DNA from: Candidatus Marinacidobacterales bacterium
GTDB taxonomy: Bacteria; Acidobacteriota; Vicinamibacteria; Marinacidobacterales; SMYC01
Reading direction: 5' to 3'
NCBI GenBank assembly: GCA_965237955.1
Contig: OZ250169.1
Coordinates: 7,776,001 to 7,840,000 of the forward strand
Length of the DNA stretch: 64,000 nt
Numbering within the stretch: the first letter of the stretch is position 1; every line of letters begins with the position of its first letter. Shown here piece after piece: positions 32,213-42,530 of this stretch. The notes beneath the pieces were generated by a model. It had not been told where the DNA came from, ran no database searches, and saw only the letters and a program-made list of their open reading frames with translations. The position numbers were made by a program, and so were the translations under genes.

Positions 32213-32818
32213 TTAGGGTTGACCTTCGACTTCGAGCTCTAGCTCGTCGTCGAGCGATTCGACGCCACCAACGCTACCGACCCGGGTCCGGATCCGCTCC
32301 GCGAGCTCTTCCGAGGGGACCTCTCCCCGCAGCACGACGCGCCCCGCGGACACTTGAATATCGACGTCGATCTTCCGCGCCTCCCGGTCTAGATGGAGGG
32401 CGGTTCGGATTTTCGTCAACAGAGCCGCGTCGTCGAGCCGTTGCCCCAGGCTCTTCCGAGACGGGTCGGCCTCGACTTCGCCCAGGTCGGCGTCGACCTC
32501 CAGTCGATTCTCGACGCTTTCGACCCCTTCCACGTTCTCGGCGAGCTCCTCGGCGCTCTCCCGCTCCTCTTTCGACGCGACCTCTCCCGACAGGGTCACG
32601 ACGCTGCCATCCGTGGCGATGTCGATGGGGCGGTTCGCCAAATCCCGATGGACGGCGAACGTCGCCTTCACGGAGCCTGTGACCGCTGTGTCCTCGACCG
32701 CCCTCTGGATATAGGGAAGCTGCCCGGACCTATAAAGATGATAGACAACAAAAGCGATGCCGAGGAGAAGGACGAGCGAGACCACCCGAAAAACGAGCCT
32801 GAACAGAAACCGAAACAT
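32213..32818 (-). CDS. BON-domain (OsmY-like) membrane protein
   Basis: N-terminal TM; two BON repeats (VVTLSGEV...VEGVESVENRL; VVLRGEV...VGGVESLDDEL). Confidence 0.88.
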   Translation of the reverse strand: MFRFLFRLVFRVVSLVLLLGIAFVVYHLYRSGQLPYIQRAVEDTAVTGSVKATFAVHRDLANRPIDIATDGSVVTLSGEVASKEERESAEELAENVEGVESVENRLEVDADLGEVEADPSRKSLGQRLDDAALLTKIRTALHLDREARKIDVDIQVSAGRVVLRGEVPSEELAERIRTRVGSVGGVESLDDELELEVEGQP

Positions 32819-32897
32819 CTCAGGCAAAGCATAACCTGAACGAAGGCAAGGATAAAAGGCTGATGGCTGATGGCAAGCACCAAGCTATAATTCAACA

Positions 32898-34355
32898 ATG
32901 ACCAAACCCAAGACCCTAGGCGATCTGTCCGAATCGCGCCCCCGGAGCGTGCGCGACGAGATCCGCACCAACGTGATTGCCGTGATGCGCGCGGGTGAGG
33001 AACTCTTTCCGGGCATCGTCGGCTACGACGAGACCGTGCTACCGCAGCTCGTCAATGCTCTTTTGTCGCGACACCACTTCATTCTCCTTGGACTACGTGG
33101 GCAGGCCAAGACCCGGATCCTCCGCGGCCTGACCCGTTTTCTCGATGACGCGATCCCGGTCATCGACGGATGTGAGATCCACGACGACCCGTCGAACCCG
33201 ATCTGCAGCGCGTGCCGCCGACTCGTTGCCGAGAAGGGCGACGACACGCCTGTCCGATGGCTCTCCCGGGTCGAGCGCTACGTCGAGAAGCTCGCGACGC
33301 CGGACGTGACCATCGCCGACATGATCGGCGACCTCGACCCCATCCGGGCCGCGCGCAGCGGACTCGATCTCGCCGACGAGCTGACGATCCACTATGGTCT
33401 CGTGCCGCGAGCGCACCGCGGTATCTTCGCCATCAACGAGCTTCCCGATCTCGCCGGCAAGATCCAAGTGGGTCTTTTCAACATCCTTCAGGAGGGCGAC
33501 GTTCAGATCAAGGGATACCCGATTCGCCTTCCGCTCGATATCTTGATGGTGTTCACCGCGAACCCCGAAGACTATACCGCGCGCGGCCGCATCATTACGC
33601 CGCTCAAAGATCGCATCGGCTCCGAGATCCGCACGCACTATCCCGAACACCTCGAGCAGGGTGTGTCGATCACGCGGGACGAAGCGTGGACCGAGCGCGA
33701 CAGCGCCGTCGTCGACGACGTGCCCTACTACTTGCGTGAAGTCGTCGAAGAAATCGCCATCCAGGCGCGGCAAGACCGCCGCGTGGACAAACGCTCCGGT
33801 GTCAGCCAACGCCTTCCGATCACCGTCCTCGAAAACGTTCTCTCGAACGCTGAGCGGCGCGCTCTCGCGGACGGCGAGGCGAGCGCGGCGCCTCGGGTTT
33901 CCGATGTGTATGCCTCGCTCCCCGCGATCACCGGAAAGCTCGAGCTCGAGTACGAAGGCGAGCTCAAAGGCGCCGACACCGTCGCCCGGGAGCTCATCCG
34001 CCGTGCGGTCGGCGAGACGTTTCAAAAGTACTCATCGGGCGCAGACTTCACCGGCGTTATCGAGTGGTTCGACGGCGGTGGGTATTTCCGGCTCCCTGAC
34101 GCCTCGTCCTCCGACGAAGCGCTTCGAACCTTGTCCGAGATCCCGGGCCTTCTCGAGCACACGTCGATCATCAACGTTGACGGCAAAGCGACACCCGCCG
34201 AGCGCGTCGCCGCCGCCGAGTTTCTCCTCGAAGGTCTCGCCGGAGTCAAGAAGATCTCGCGCAGCGAAGAGCGAGGCTTCTACCGCAGCGAAGAACGCCG
34301 GCCCGAGATCGGTTACGAAGAGCCGATCGATACCACTAAGACCCACTTGAACTGA
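32898..34355 (+). CDS. Magnesium-chelatase-like AAA+ ATPase (partner of a VWA protein)
   Basis: [39 protein letters not shown]. Confidence 0.9.
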   Translation: MTKPKTLGDLSESRPRSVRDEIRTNVIAVMRAGEELFPGIVGYDETVLPQLVNALLSRHHFILLGLRGQAKTRILRGLTRFLDDAIPVIDGCEIHDDPSNPICSACRRLVAEKGDDTPVRWLSRVERYVEKLATPDVTIADMIGDLDPIRAARSGLDLADELTIHYGLVPRAHRGIFAINELPDLAGKIQVGLFNILQEGDVQIKGYPIRLPLDILMVFTANPEDYTARGRIITPLKDRIGSEIRTHYPEHLEQGVSITRDEAWTERDSAVVDDVPYYLREVVEEIAIQARQDRRVDKRSGVSQRLPITVLENVLSNAERRALADGEASAAPRVSDVYASLPAITGKLELEYEGELKGADTVARELIRRAVGETFQKYSSGADFTGVIEWFDGGGYFRLPDASSSDEALRTLSEIPGLLEHTSIINVDGKATPAERVAAAEFLLEGLAGVKKISRSEERGFYRSEERRPEIGYEEPIDTTKTHLN

Positions 34356-34360
34356 ACCTC

Positions 34361-34669
34361 ATGTCGACCACGAAGTACAGCAAGTATCGGCCGGATCTCT
34401 TTGACGATTTCGATATCTCCGACCTGCTCGGCGAGCTGTCCGATTTCTTCCTCGACAGTGGGTTCCGGGATCATGTACGGCTTCCACGAGCTCTCGGACG
34501 ACATGATGCAACGGCTCCGCGAGGCGGTCCTGCGCGCATTGCTCGAACAGGGAAAGCTCACCGAAGAGGACATCGAGAATCTCATGGGTGATGCCGAGAG
34601 CTTCGAAGACTCGGAGCTCAAAAAGCTCATCGATCAGATCATCGACCGGATGCAGCAAGAGGGCTACGT
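34361..34669 (+). pseudogene. 5' part of a VWA-domain partner gene, frameshifted (about 34472) and cut by IS5
   Basis: KYSKY...LSDFFLDSGF then LREAVLRAL...IDRMQQEGYV in another frame; directly follows the AAA ATPase. Confidence 0.7.
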
Positions 34670-35754
34670 GGCGTTGTTGCACCGCTCTGGCTGAGAGCGA
34701 AATCCGCCTATGGTGGTGGCCGAGGTATGTTCGAGCATGAAGTATCCCAAGCGCTGCCAGTACAAGCACGCGAAGCAGAAGAAGTACCACGTTCGCAACT
34801 GGGCGGAATACAACGAAGGGCTGCGCCGCCGGGGCGATTTGACAGTCTGGTTTGACGAGGAGGCAATCGCGAACTGGAAGGCCGACAAGACCGGTAAGCC
34901 TGGCGGTCAACGGGTCTATTCAGACATGGCGATTGAAACGGGCCTGGTTGTCCGGATAGTGTACAAGCTCGCCTACCGACAAACCGAAGGCTTCTTGCAC
35001 TCGATCGCCTCGCTTCTCGGGCTCGGTATCGAGATCCCGGACTACTCGACGTTGTGTCGGCGCTCGAGGTTGCTCCGCAAGAAGCTGCGGATTCCGAAAG
35101 CCGCGAGCACTCAACCCATCCACCTGATGATCGATAGCACGGGCTTGAGGATTCATGTTGGAAACGCTCGCAAACCGCCAAAGCAGCGCGCATGGCGCAA
35201 GTTGCACATCGCCGTTGATCGCGAGGCAGGGAACATTGTTGCGTCCGAACTGACGGCGTCACGAGCTCGCGACGCAACCCGAGTCCCCGCTTTGCTAACA
35301 CAGATTCAAGCACCTCTAGTGTCGGTGGCGGCGGACAGTGCATACGACAAGGAAGCGGTCTACGAAGCCATCGAAGCGCACAGTCCTGGACGAAGGACGC
35401 GCGTGGTGATTCCGCCGCAACGAAACGCGACGCTCAGTCAGAATTCGAACACCGCCATGCAGGAGCGCGATCGCCATATTCGTGCAATCGAAAGACACGG
35501 CCGACGTGAATGGTACAAGCTCTCAGGCTACACCAAACGAAGCATGGTGGAGAACGCGGTCTATCGTTACAAGGCGATCATCGGGCCGGAGATGCGGGCT
35601 CGAACGTTGGCGAGGCAACGAGTTGAACACCGAATTGGGTGCGAGATACTCAACAAGATGGCTGCGCTCGGGATGCCCGATACGTACTGCGCCGGGTGAC
35701 TCTGCAACCGGCACAGGGAGGTCAGCGATTTGCTCCGGGCCGTGCAACAACGCC
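34670..35754 (+). mobile_element. IS5 family (IS903 group) element, copy A
   Basis: IRs ggcgttgttgcac / gtgcaacaacgcc; 1085 bp. Confidence 0.95.
34737..35699 (+). CDS. IS5 family transposase (copy A)
   Basis: YHVRNWAEYNEGLRRRGDLTVW, PDYSTLCRR, IDSTG, ADSAYD, GYTKRSMVEN. Confidence 0.95.
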   Translation: MKYPKRCQYKHAKQKKYHVRNWAEYNEGLRRRGDLTVWFDEEAIANWKADKTGKPGGQRVYSDMAIETGLVVRIVYKLAYRQTEGFLHSIASLLGLGIEIPDYSTLCRRSRLLRKKLRIPKAASTQPIHLMIDSTGLRIHVGNARKPPKQRAWRKLHIAVDREAGNIVASELTASRARDATRVPALLTQIQAPLVSVAADSAYDKEAVYEAIEAHSPGRRTRVVIPPQRNATLSQNSNTAMQERDRHIRAIERHGRREWYKLSGYTKRSMVENAVYRYKAIIGPEMRARTLARQRVEHRIGCEILNKMAALGMPDTYCAG

Positions 35755-35954
35755 GGTCTTGGCTGGAAACCAATGGGAAATAGGGAAAACCAGGCAATTC
35801 GGGGTCATTTTGGGTCTGATCTTGAGTTCGGTTGTATTTTTGGACAGGCCGCGTCTGCGGACCGGACTCAGCCGAATATCGTGACGGCCAGCCACCCAAA
35901 GAACGCGGCATTCGCTGCAACCAGCGCCGCGCCCAGCGCTCTGTGGTTGCATCG

Positions 35955-36083
35955 CGGCGTGTCCAAAAACACAAACGCGTTACCACGCCCTTGATGGTTG
36001 AGCTCTCCCTGATAATGGTAGATGAACTCGGCGACGGCCCGGCGCGTGGGTCTTAGAGTTCGTTTGTATTTTTGGACACGACG
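35955..36083. mobile_element. 129-bp MITE-like unit with rve-type ends
   Basis: cggcgtgtccaaaaacacaaac / gtttgtatttttggacacgacg imperfect IR. Confidence 0.6.
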
Positions 36084-36087
36084 GCGT

Positions 36088-36141
36088 CTAAGCTGCTGAT
36101 TTGTGGTCTATTTCAAAAGGGACGAGTTTTGGCACAGGACG
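36088..36141 (-). repeat. 54-bp rve-element left end (copy 1 of 12)
   Basis: Reverse complement of consensus CGTCCTGTGCCAAAACTCGGCCCTTTTGAAATAGACCAYAAATCAGCAGCTTAG; further copies at 38645, 40932(-), 46110, 48091, 51020, 54240, 54521(-, partial), 54669, 61191, 62693(-), 62772(partial). Confidence 0.92.
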
Positions 36142-36361
36142 GGATCTAATGGAGGTCATCGAAGACCGCGCCGAGCGTGGCTCCACACTCATCGCGACCC
36201 AGATTCCGCTCAAGCAGTGGCACGAAGCGATTGGCGACCCAAACCAGGCAGACGCTATCTGCGATCGCATTCTCCACAGCGCGCACCGCATCACTCTCAA
36301 AGGAGCTTCTCTGAGAAAGACCAAGGCTGCGCCAAAGGCATTTGACAACGCCGATGCATGA
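36142..36361 (+). pseudogene. istB: IS21 IstB helper ATPase C-terminal fragment
   Basis: DLMEVIEDR...STLIATQIP..WHEAIGDPNQADAICDRILHSAHRITLKGASLR. Confidence 0.85.
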
Positions 36362-36566
36362 GCGAGCGAGGGACCACAGCGTCGATGCGATAAAAACGGG
36401 TGAAACCGCCAAACCCGGGGTACCAGACGATGCGGCGCCAAAACGACGCGCGAGAATGCCTCAGGAAGCGTCTTCTCGCGCCAGGCCATACCCCAGCAAC
36501 CCCCCGAAACCAGCCCCACATCGCCCGGGGTTCGGCCGCGGCAGGTCGCTGCCTACGGGAGCGACC

Positions 36567-37648
36567 GGCGTTGTTGCACCGCTCTGGCTGAGAGCGAAAT
36601 CCGCCTATGGTGGTGGCCGAGGTATGTTCGAGCATGAAGTATCCCAAGCGCTGCCAGTACAAGCACGCGAAGCAGAAGAAGTACCACGTTCGCAACTGGG
36701 CGGAATACAACGAAGGGCTGCGCCGCCGGGGCGATTTGACAGTCTGGTTTGACGAGGAGGCAATCGCGAACTGGAAGGCCGACAAGACCGGTAAGCCTGG
36801 CGGTCAACGGGTCTATTCAGACATGGCGATTGAAACGGGCCTGGTTGTCCGGATGGTGTACAAGCTCGCCTACCGACAAACCGAAGGCTTCTTGCACTCG
36901 ATCGCCTCGCTTCTCGGGCTCGGTATCGAGATCCCGGACTACTCGACGTTGTGTCGGCGCTCGAGGTTGCTCCGCAAGAAGCTGCGGATTCCGAAAGCCG
37001 CGAGCACTCAACCCATCCACCTGATGATCGATAGCACGGGCTTGAGGATTCATGTTGGAAACGCTCGCAAACCGCCAAAGCAGCGCGCATGGCGCAAGTT
37101 GCACATCGCCGTTGATCGCGAGACCGGCAACATTGTTGCGTCCGAACTGACGGCGTCACGAGCTCGCGACGCAACCCGAGTCCCCGCTTTGCTAACACAG
37201 ATTCAAGCACCTCTAGTGTCGGTGGCGGCGGACAGTGCATACGACAAGGAAGCGGTCTACGAAGCCATCGAAGCGCACAGTCCTGGACGAAGGACGCGCG
37301 TGGTGATTCCGCCGCAACGAAACGCGACGCTCAGTCAGAATTCGAACACCGCCATGCAGGAGCGCGATCGCCATATTCGTGCAATCGAAAGACACGGCCG
37401 ACGTGAATGGTACAAGCTCTCAGGCTACACCAAGCGAAGCATGGTGGAGAACGCGGTCTATCGTTACAAGGCGATCATCGGGCCGGAGATGCGGGCTCGA
37501 ACGTTGGAGAGGCAACGAGTTGAACACCGAATTGGGTGCGAGATACTCAACAAGATGGCTGCGCTCGGGATGCCCGATACGTACTGCGCCGGGTGACTCT
37601 GCAACCACAGGGAGGTCAGCGATTTGCTCCGGGCCGTGCAACAACGCC
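36567..37648 (+). mobile_element. IS5 family (IS903 group) element, copy B
   Basis: Same IRs; near-identical to copy A. Confidence 0.95.
36634..37596 (+). CDS. IS5 family transposase (copy B)
   Basis: Intact ORF near-identical to copy A. Confidence 0.95.
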   Translation: MKYPKRCQYKHAKQKKYHVRNWAEYNEGLRRRGDLTVWFDEEAIANWKADKTGKPGGQRVYSDMAIETGLVVRMVYKLAYRQTEGFLHSIASLLGLGIEIPDYSTLCRRSRLLRKKLRIPKAASTQPIHLMIDSTGLRIHVGNARKPPKQRAWRKLHIAVDRETGNIVASELTASRARDATRVPALLTQIQAPLVSVAADSAYDKEAVYEAIEAHSPGRRTRVVIPPQRNATLSQNSNTAMQERDRHIRAIERHGRREWYKLSGYTKRSMVENAVYRYKAIIGPEMRARTLERQRVEHRIGCEILNKMAALGMPDTYCAG

Positions 37649-37675
37649 GCCAAGACCCGCCCGCTCCGGTCGGCC

Positions 37676-37731
37676 TGTGATCCGCAAAAAGGAAGATCGC
37701 GTACCGCTGGGTCGACTTTTTGCGGAGCACA
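37676..37731. mobile_element. 56-bp TGT...ACA mini-element
   Basis: tgtgatccgcaaaaag / ctttttgcggagcaca; same right end recurs near 46501-46517 and 62916-62930. Confidence 0.6.
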
Positions 37732-37737
37732 ACCTCA

Positions 37738-37826
37738 GTCCGAGCGCAAGGTGCGCTTCCGTAAACGGCTTGGCGGGTTGCTACGTTTCTACCATTGGGA
37801 AGCCGCATGAGTATTTTGACCTCACG
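37738..37826 (+). pseudogene. 3' end of an rve transposase plus its right end
   Basis: KVRFRKRLGGLLRFYHWEAA* followed directly by gtattttgacctcACG. Confidence 0.75.
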
Positions 37827-38020
37827 CGGATATTCGAGAACGATCGGCAAGAGTGAGCCTCTCCCTCTTACCATGTCAGTTTCCAACAGGAAGTCGTATG
37901 GTCCCCGTCCTTGAAAGCGGGAAGCTCACAGACTTCAGGGTTCTTCTCGCTGGCTGAGACGGGTCATCCGCACCAGGTGAAGTTGGCCAGTTTGAAACTG
38001 GTCGGTTGGCTCATTCATTC
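37827..38020 (-). ncRNA. Possible orphan IS110-type non-coding leader
   Basis: GGTGCGGATGACCCGTCTCAGCCAGCG...GAACCCTG...AAGAGGGAGAGG RBS and TTG, cut after about 8 codons; resemblance to IS110 leaders is from recall only. Confidence 0.35.
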
Positions 38021-38644
38021 ATCTTCTCGAACCGTGTTTTGGCTATTTCGCTTTCCTCTGGCAGTCTGAGCAGTCGTGCCCTGCCCCGTTTGGTCCATAC
38101 GCCCATTGTCGGGCGGTGTGAATATAATAGTAGCGAAGCGTTTCTCAGGAGCTTCCCCTCCCGCTTGTCGCCCCCGCCTCTGCGGGAACCGTCGCTCAAG
38201 CAGCCACATAGCACTCTTTGTCGAAGGCGGGCGAGTCTCTGTTGCTATCCTTGCGGACGTGAATTTTCCATTCCCCAGCTTCCCATTCACCACTTGCCCG
38301 CCCTTGTATCTGATGGTTTGGCGAACGATCCTCGTCTCCTCGGTCGCGCTCCTGTATCAGTACCGTGTTCGATCCTGGACCCGCGCTGCTTCTCTTCGGT
38401 CATCGCTTTCCTCCCTTTGGTTAAGCGCACGGCCGCATTCGTGAAACCCAGCACGAGCTAGCCCACCCTGTGAACCTTTCCGGCGGTTCCATCCTGTTAG
38501 GTCGTTTCATTTTCAAAGGACTTGGGAGATTTCTCCCGCTCGGCCATCGGTTGCATCGGCCCGTTAGGTAGGCCATCTGCGCCAACCTGGTCACTGGGTC
38601 GTCGAATCTGCGTACCAACGCGATTGGAGCTTGGCCCGCGAACC

Positions 38645-38797
38645 CGTCCTGTGCCAAAACTCGGATCTTTCGAAATAGACCATAAATCAGCAGCTTAGCA
38701 AGTTCGGTGCGCGCGGATGAATAAATAGAAGGCACAGGGCGTTCGAGTATTTTGACCAGACGGGATGTCGTGGCTGTCCGAGTTTTGGCACAGGACG
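38645..38797. mobile_element. 153-bp MITE built from the 54-bp end and stacked right ends
   Basis: Perfect IR (cc)cgtcctgtgccaaaactcgga / tccgagttttggcacaggacg(gg); internal cggatgaataaatagaaggcaca and gagtattttgaccagacg ends. Confidence 0.8.
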
Positions 38798-38903
38798 GGC
38801 GCCGCCACATTAGAAACTGTCAGTTTCATCCCATCCTCGGCCATGCGGTCGATGGAGGGTGTACTCACATATCAGCGATGTTCAAACTTTAGGATAAAAT
38901 ATT

Positions 38904-38930
38904 GGCCTCTCCTGCTATTTCAGTGGACCC
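38904..38930 (-). mobile_element. Isolated ISL3-type right end
   Basis: ggcctctcctgctatttcagtgga differs by 2 bases from the reverse complement of the ISL3 end at 5324-5347. Confidence 0.7.
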
Positions 38931-39071
38931 GTCGAGCTCAGGATCTGCACAACTTGGTGGCAAGCACCCGTGATGCCATTTGACAGGCGGGCGGCGGTAG
39001 GTGCGAAATGCGGAGTAGCAAGAAGGTGGAAGAGGAGTTAGAGTCTCAACAGTAAGATGAGAGGACCTGCA

Positions 39072-40619
39072 ATGATCAAAACGAAACGAAATCGTATCGG
39101 AAACGTTGCTTTGCTAACAGGCATCCTGACTTGCCTGATTTGCTGGCAGAACAGCTATCTTTTCGCTCAGCAGAAGGTGGAGGAAGAGACCTCTGATAAG
39201 CCCGTTGAATTGAGAGCGCCATCGGTGACCGAGCAGACCATTACAGTGGATGGGAAATCCATAAACTACACGGCCACCGTAGGCTACATGATTCAAACGG
39301 ATGCAGATGGCAAGCCCATTGGTTACTTTTTTTACACTGCATACACCAAGCAAGGTGAAGATTCCGTTTCTCGTCCGTTGACTTTCTGCTTCAACGGCGG
39401 ACCGGGAACCTCTTCGATCTACCTCCACATGCTGACCATCGGGCCCCAAAAGGCCGTGCTTCTGGAAGACGGCAATACTGCGGCACCGCCACCCCGTCTG
39501 GTGGACAATGTGGATACATGGCTTGGCTTCACCGATCTGGTGTTCATCGATCCCATAGGCACAGGGTTCAGTTTTCCCCATCCGGGAGCGGACACCAAGC
39601 AATTCTTCGGTACTGCAGCGGATGCCGAGTCCGTTGGCGATTTCATTCGCATGTACATCACCGAGAACGCTCGCTGGCTGTCGCCGATTTTCGTGGCCGG
39701 TGAGAGTTATGGTGGCATTCGCGGGGTCCTGCTTGCGGAAGAGTTACAGAACAGTCGTCGCATCAAATTGAATGTCAACGGTCTCATCTTTATCGCGCCC
39801 GCTTACGATTTTCAGAGTCTGGGAACGAGCAGGCACAATCCCATGTACCTCTCACAGTATGTTTCGACGTACGCGACGACCGCCTGGTACCACAAGAAGC
39901 TGGACGACGACTTGCAGGCGGATTTCGACCAACTGGTCAAGGAAGTGACGACATGGGCCAGCGAAAATTATCTGGTGGCGCTTGTCAAAGGCGACAAGCT
40001 CGAGGAGTCCAAGAAGAAAGAGATCGCCGGCCAGATGGCCCGCTACACGGGACTGTCCGAAGATTACATTCTGCAGAAGAACCTTCGAATCACTTCCCCG
40101 GAATTCAGAGAAGAACTTCTGCGCGACAAAGGCATGAGTCTGCACCGGACGGATGCTCGATTCGAACTCGGAGCCTATGATTTGGCGAGGACTCTATCGC
40201 CAGTGTTGAACCACTACGTCAGGGCCGTCCTCGGGTACGACACGATCAAACCGTACCTCGTCAGCGGTAATGTTCAACCATGGGCATGGGGCGGAAAACC
40301 TTCTCCGTTCTCGGTCGTGCCCAACCTGAGTGAAGCAATGAAGAACAACAGGAATATGAAGGTCTTCGTCGCTGCGGGATACTACGACCATGCCTGTCCC
40401 TTCGCGACCATCGACTATGCGCTCGATCAACTGCTCCTTACCCCTGAGTTGCAACGAAACATCAGTCGTCGCTACTACCAAGCCGGCCACATGGTCTATA
40501 CACCTCAGTTCGAGTTGACGAGATTCACCGAAGACGTGAAGGAATTCATCGTGGATGCTGCAACGCCCGGCGCACACGCAGCACCTACGACGGCCAGCGT
40601 GGTCCGACATCGAGACTGA
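39072..40619 (+). CDS. Peptidase S10 (serine carboxypeptidase), second paralog
   Basis: Signal peptide; FNGGPGTSS, DPIGTGFS, GESYG, GYYD, GHMVY. Confidence 0.92.
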   Translation: MIKTKRNRIGNVALLTGILTCLICWQNSYLFAQQKVEEETSDKPVELRAPSVTEQTITVDGKSINYTATVGYMIQTDADGKPIGYFFYTAYTKQGEDSVSRPLTFCFNGGPGTSSIYLHMLTIGPQKAVLLEDGNTAAPPPRLVDNVDTWLGFTDLVFIDPIGTGFSFPHPGADTKQFFGTAADAESVGDFIRMYITENARWLSPIFVAGESYGGIRGVLLAEELQNSRRIKLNVNGLIFIAPAYDFQSLGTSRHNPMYLSQYVSTYATTAWYHKKLDDDLQADFDQLVKEVTTWASENYLVALVKGDKLEESKKKEIAGQMARYTGLSEDYILQKNLRITSPEFREELLRDKGMSLHRTDARFELGAYDLARTLSPVLNHYVRAVLGYDTIKPYLVSGNVQPWAWGGKPSPFSVVPNLSEAMKNNRNMKVFVAAGYYDHACPFATIDYALDQLLLTPELQRNISRRYYQAGHMVYTPQFELTRFTEDVKEFIVDAATPGAHAAPTTASVVRHRD

Positions 40620-40698
40620 CCGTACTAGCTCTTTCGGCGGCGGAGGTAAGCGCTCGCACCCGCGGCGGTCAGGACGCACAGGGCGCGAAGAGCGCTCC

Positions 40699-40985
40699 GG
40701 GCGCCCCAAACTTGATTAGTCTCCGGTCTGCCGGCACCATGCCTGCTTGATTTCGTCGTTTGTTCGCGCTCTCATCTCCGCCTTCAAGGCTCGTCGCGTG
40801 CTGGCTCTCGACAATGTCGCTCTTCGGCAGCAGCTCGCCGTCCTCCGCCGTTCGGTGAAACGGCCGCGGCTCTCGAACGTCGACCGCGGGTTTTGGGTAA
40901 CTGTAGAGCCTAAGGGCCCTTGGCCCAGTCGCTAAGCTGCTGATTTATGGTCTATTTCAAAAGGGCTGAGTTTTGGCACAGGACG
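40699..40985 (-). mobile_element. Chimeric mini-element: 54-bp end + leader piece + N-terminal fragment of a second rve transposase type
   Basis: ALDNVALRQQLAVLRRSVKRPRL (40747-40895, + strand); homologous to 46110-46391. Confidence 0.75.
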
Positions 40986-41063
40986 GGGAACCTGCAACAA
41001 ACGTCTTAACGACGCCATGAACCGTCAGGATTCTTCTCCGGCATTAAGCTAGGGGATCTGAGG

Positions 41064-41445
41064 TTACCCTCGGCCGCATCTGCGAACCAACCTATCCATT
41101 GCTCTATGAACTCTTCCCGGGCTGTCTTGGTCGGCCGGAGTAAATGGCCATGCGAGTTGGACCGTGCCTATTGCTGGAGACAACGACACCTGAGCACCAT
41201 TTTCGTTCGGGGCTAACGCGAATGGATTAACGGACGACCTGCGTCCGACTAAAGGACTGCGCATGAAGGCAGTTTCGTACCAACGGAATGCGTCTTTCTC
41301 TCGGGCGTCACAATACCAGAGACTGTGTGAGCGTCCCCTGTATCCGCTCGAAGGTCGTTGTGTTTGCAATCGAATTTGTGAGGTAGCGATCACGGTGAAC
41401 GGAATCTCAGCCTCGTGCGCGCGTTCGATAGCTGCGACGTATAGC
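41064..41445 (-). pseudogene. C-terminal fragment of an unknown gene cut by IS5
   Basis: SHSLWYCDA...WYETAFM...QLAWPFTP reads as globular protein; no start outside the IS. Confidence 0.5.
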
Positions 41446-42530
41446 GGCGTTGTTGCACGGCCCGGAGCAAATCGCTGACCTCCCTGTGCCGGTTGCAGAG
41501 TCACCCGGCGCAGTACGTATCGGGCATCCCGAGCGCAGCCATCTTGTTGAGTATCTCGCACCCAATTCGGTGTTCAATTCGTTGCCTCGCCAACGTTCGA
41601 GCCCGCATCTCCGGCCCGATGATCGCCTTGTAACGATAGACCGCGTTCTCCACCATGCTTCGCTTGGTGTAGCCTGAGAGCTTGTACCATTCACGTCGGC
41701 CGTGTCTTTCGATTGCACGAATATGGCGATCGCGCTCCTGCATGGCGGTGTTCGAATTCTGACTGAGCGTCGCGTTTCGTTGCGGCGGAATCACCACGCG
41801 CGTCCTTCGTCCAGGACTGTGCGCTTCGATGGCTTCGTAGACCGCTTCCTTGTCGTATGCACTGTCCGCCGCCACCGACACTAGAGGTGCTTGAATCTGT
41901 GTTAGCAAAGCGAGGACTCGGGTTGCGTCGCGAGCTCGTGACGCCGTCAGTTCGGACGCAACAATGTTCCCTGTCTCGCGATCAACGGCGATGTGCAACT
42001 TGCGCCATGCGCGCTGCTTTGGCGGTTTGCGAGCGTTTCCAACATGAATCCTCAAGCCCGTGCTATCGATCATCAGGTGGATGGGTTGAGTGCTCGCGGC
42101 TTTCGGAATCCGCAGCTTCTTGCGGAGCAACCTCGAGCGCCGACACAACGTCGAGTAGTCCGGGATCTCGATACCGAGCCCGAGAAGCGAGGCGATCGAG
42201 TGCATGAAGCCTTCGGTTTGTCGGTAGGCGAGCTTGTACACCATCCGGACAACCAGGCCCGTTTCAATAGCCATGTCTGAATAGACCCGTTGACCGCCAG
42301 GCTTACCGGTCTTGTCGGCCTTCCAGTTCGCGATTGCCTCCTCGTCAAACCAGACTGTCAAATCGCCCCGGCGGCGCAGCCCTTCGTTGTATTCCGCCCA
42401 GTTGCGAACGTGGTACTTCTTCTGCTTCGCGTGCTTGTACTGGCAGCGCTTGGGATACTTCATGCTCGAACATACCTCGGCCACCACCATAGGCGGATTT
42501 CGCTCTCAGCCAGAGCGGTGCAACAACGCC
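41446..42530 (-). mobile_element. IS5 family (IS903 group) element, copy C
   Basis: Same IRs, 1085 bp. Confidence 0.95.
41501..42463 (-). CDS. IS5 family transposase (copy C)
   Basis: Intact ORF near-identical to copy A. Confidence 0.95.
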   Translation of the reverse strand: MKYPKRCQYKHAKQKKYHVRNWAEYNEGLRRRGDLTVWFDEEAIANWKADKTGKPGGQRVYSDMAIETGLVVRMVYKLAYRQTEGFMHSIASLLGLGIEIPDYSTLCRRSRLLRKKLRIPKAASTQPIHLMIDSTGLRIHVGNARKPPKQRAWRKLHIAVDRETGNIVASELTASRARDATRVLALLTQIQAPLVSVAADSAYDKEAVYEAIEAHSPGRRTRVVIPPQRNATLSQNSNTAMQERDRHIRAIERHGRREWYKLSGYTKRSMVENAVYRYKAIIGPEMRARTLARQRIEHRIGCEILNKMAALGMPDTYCAG

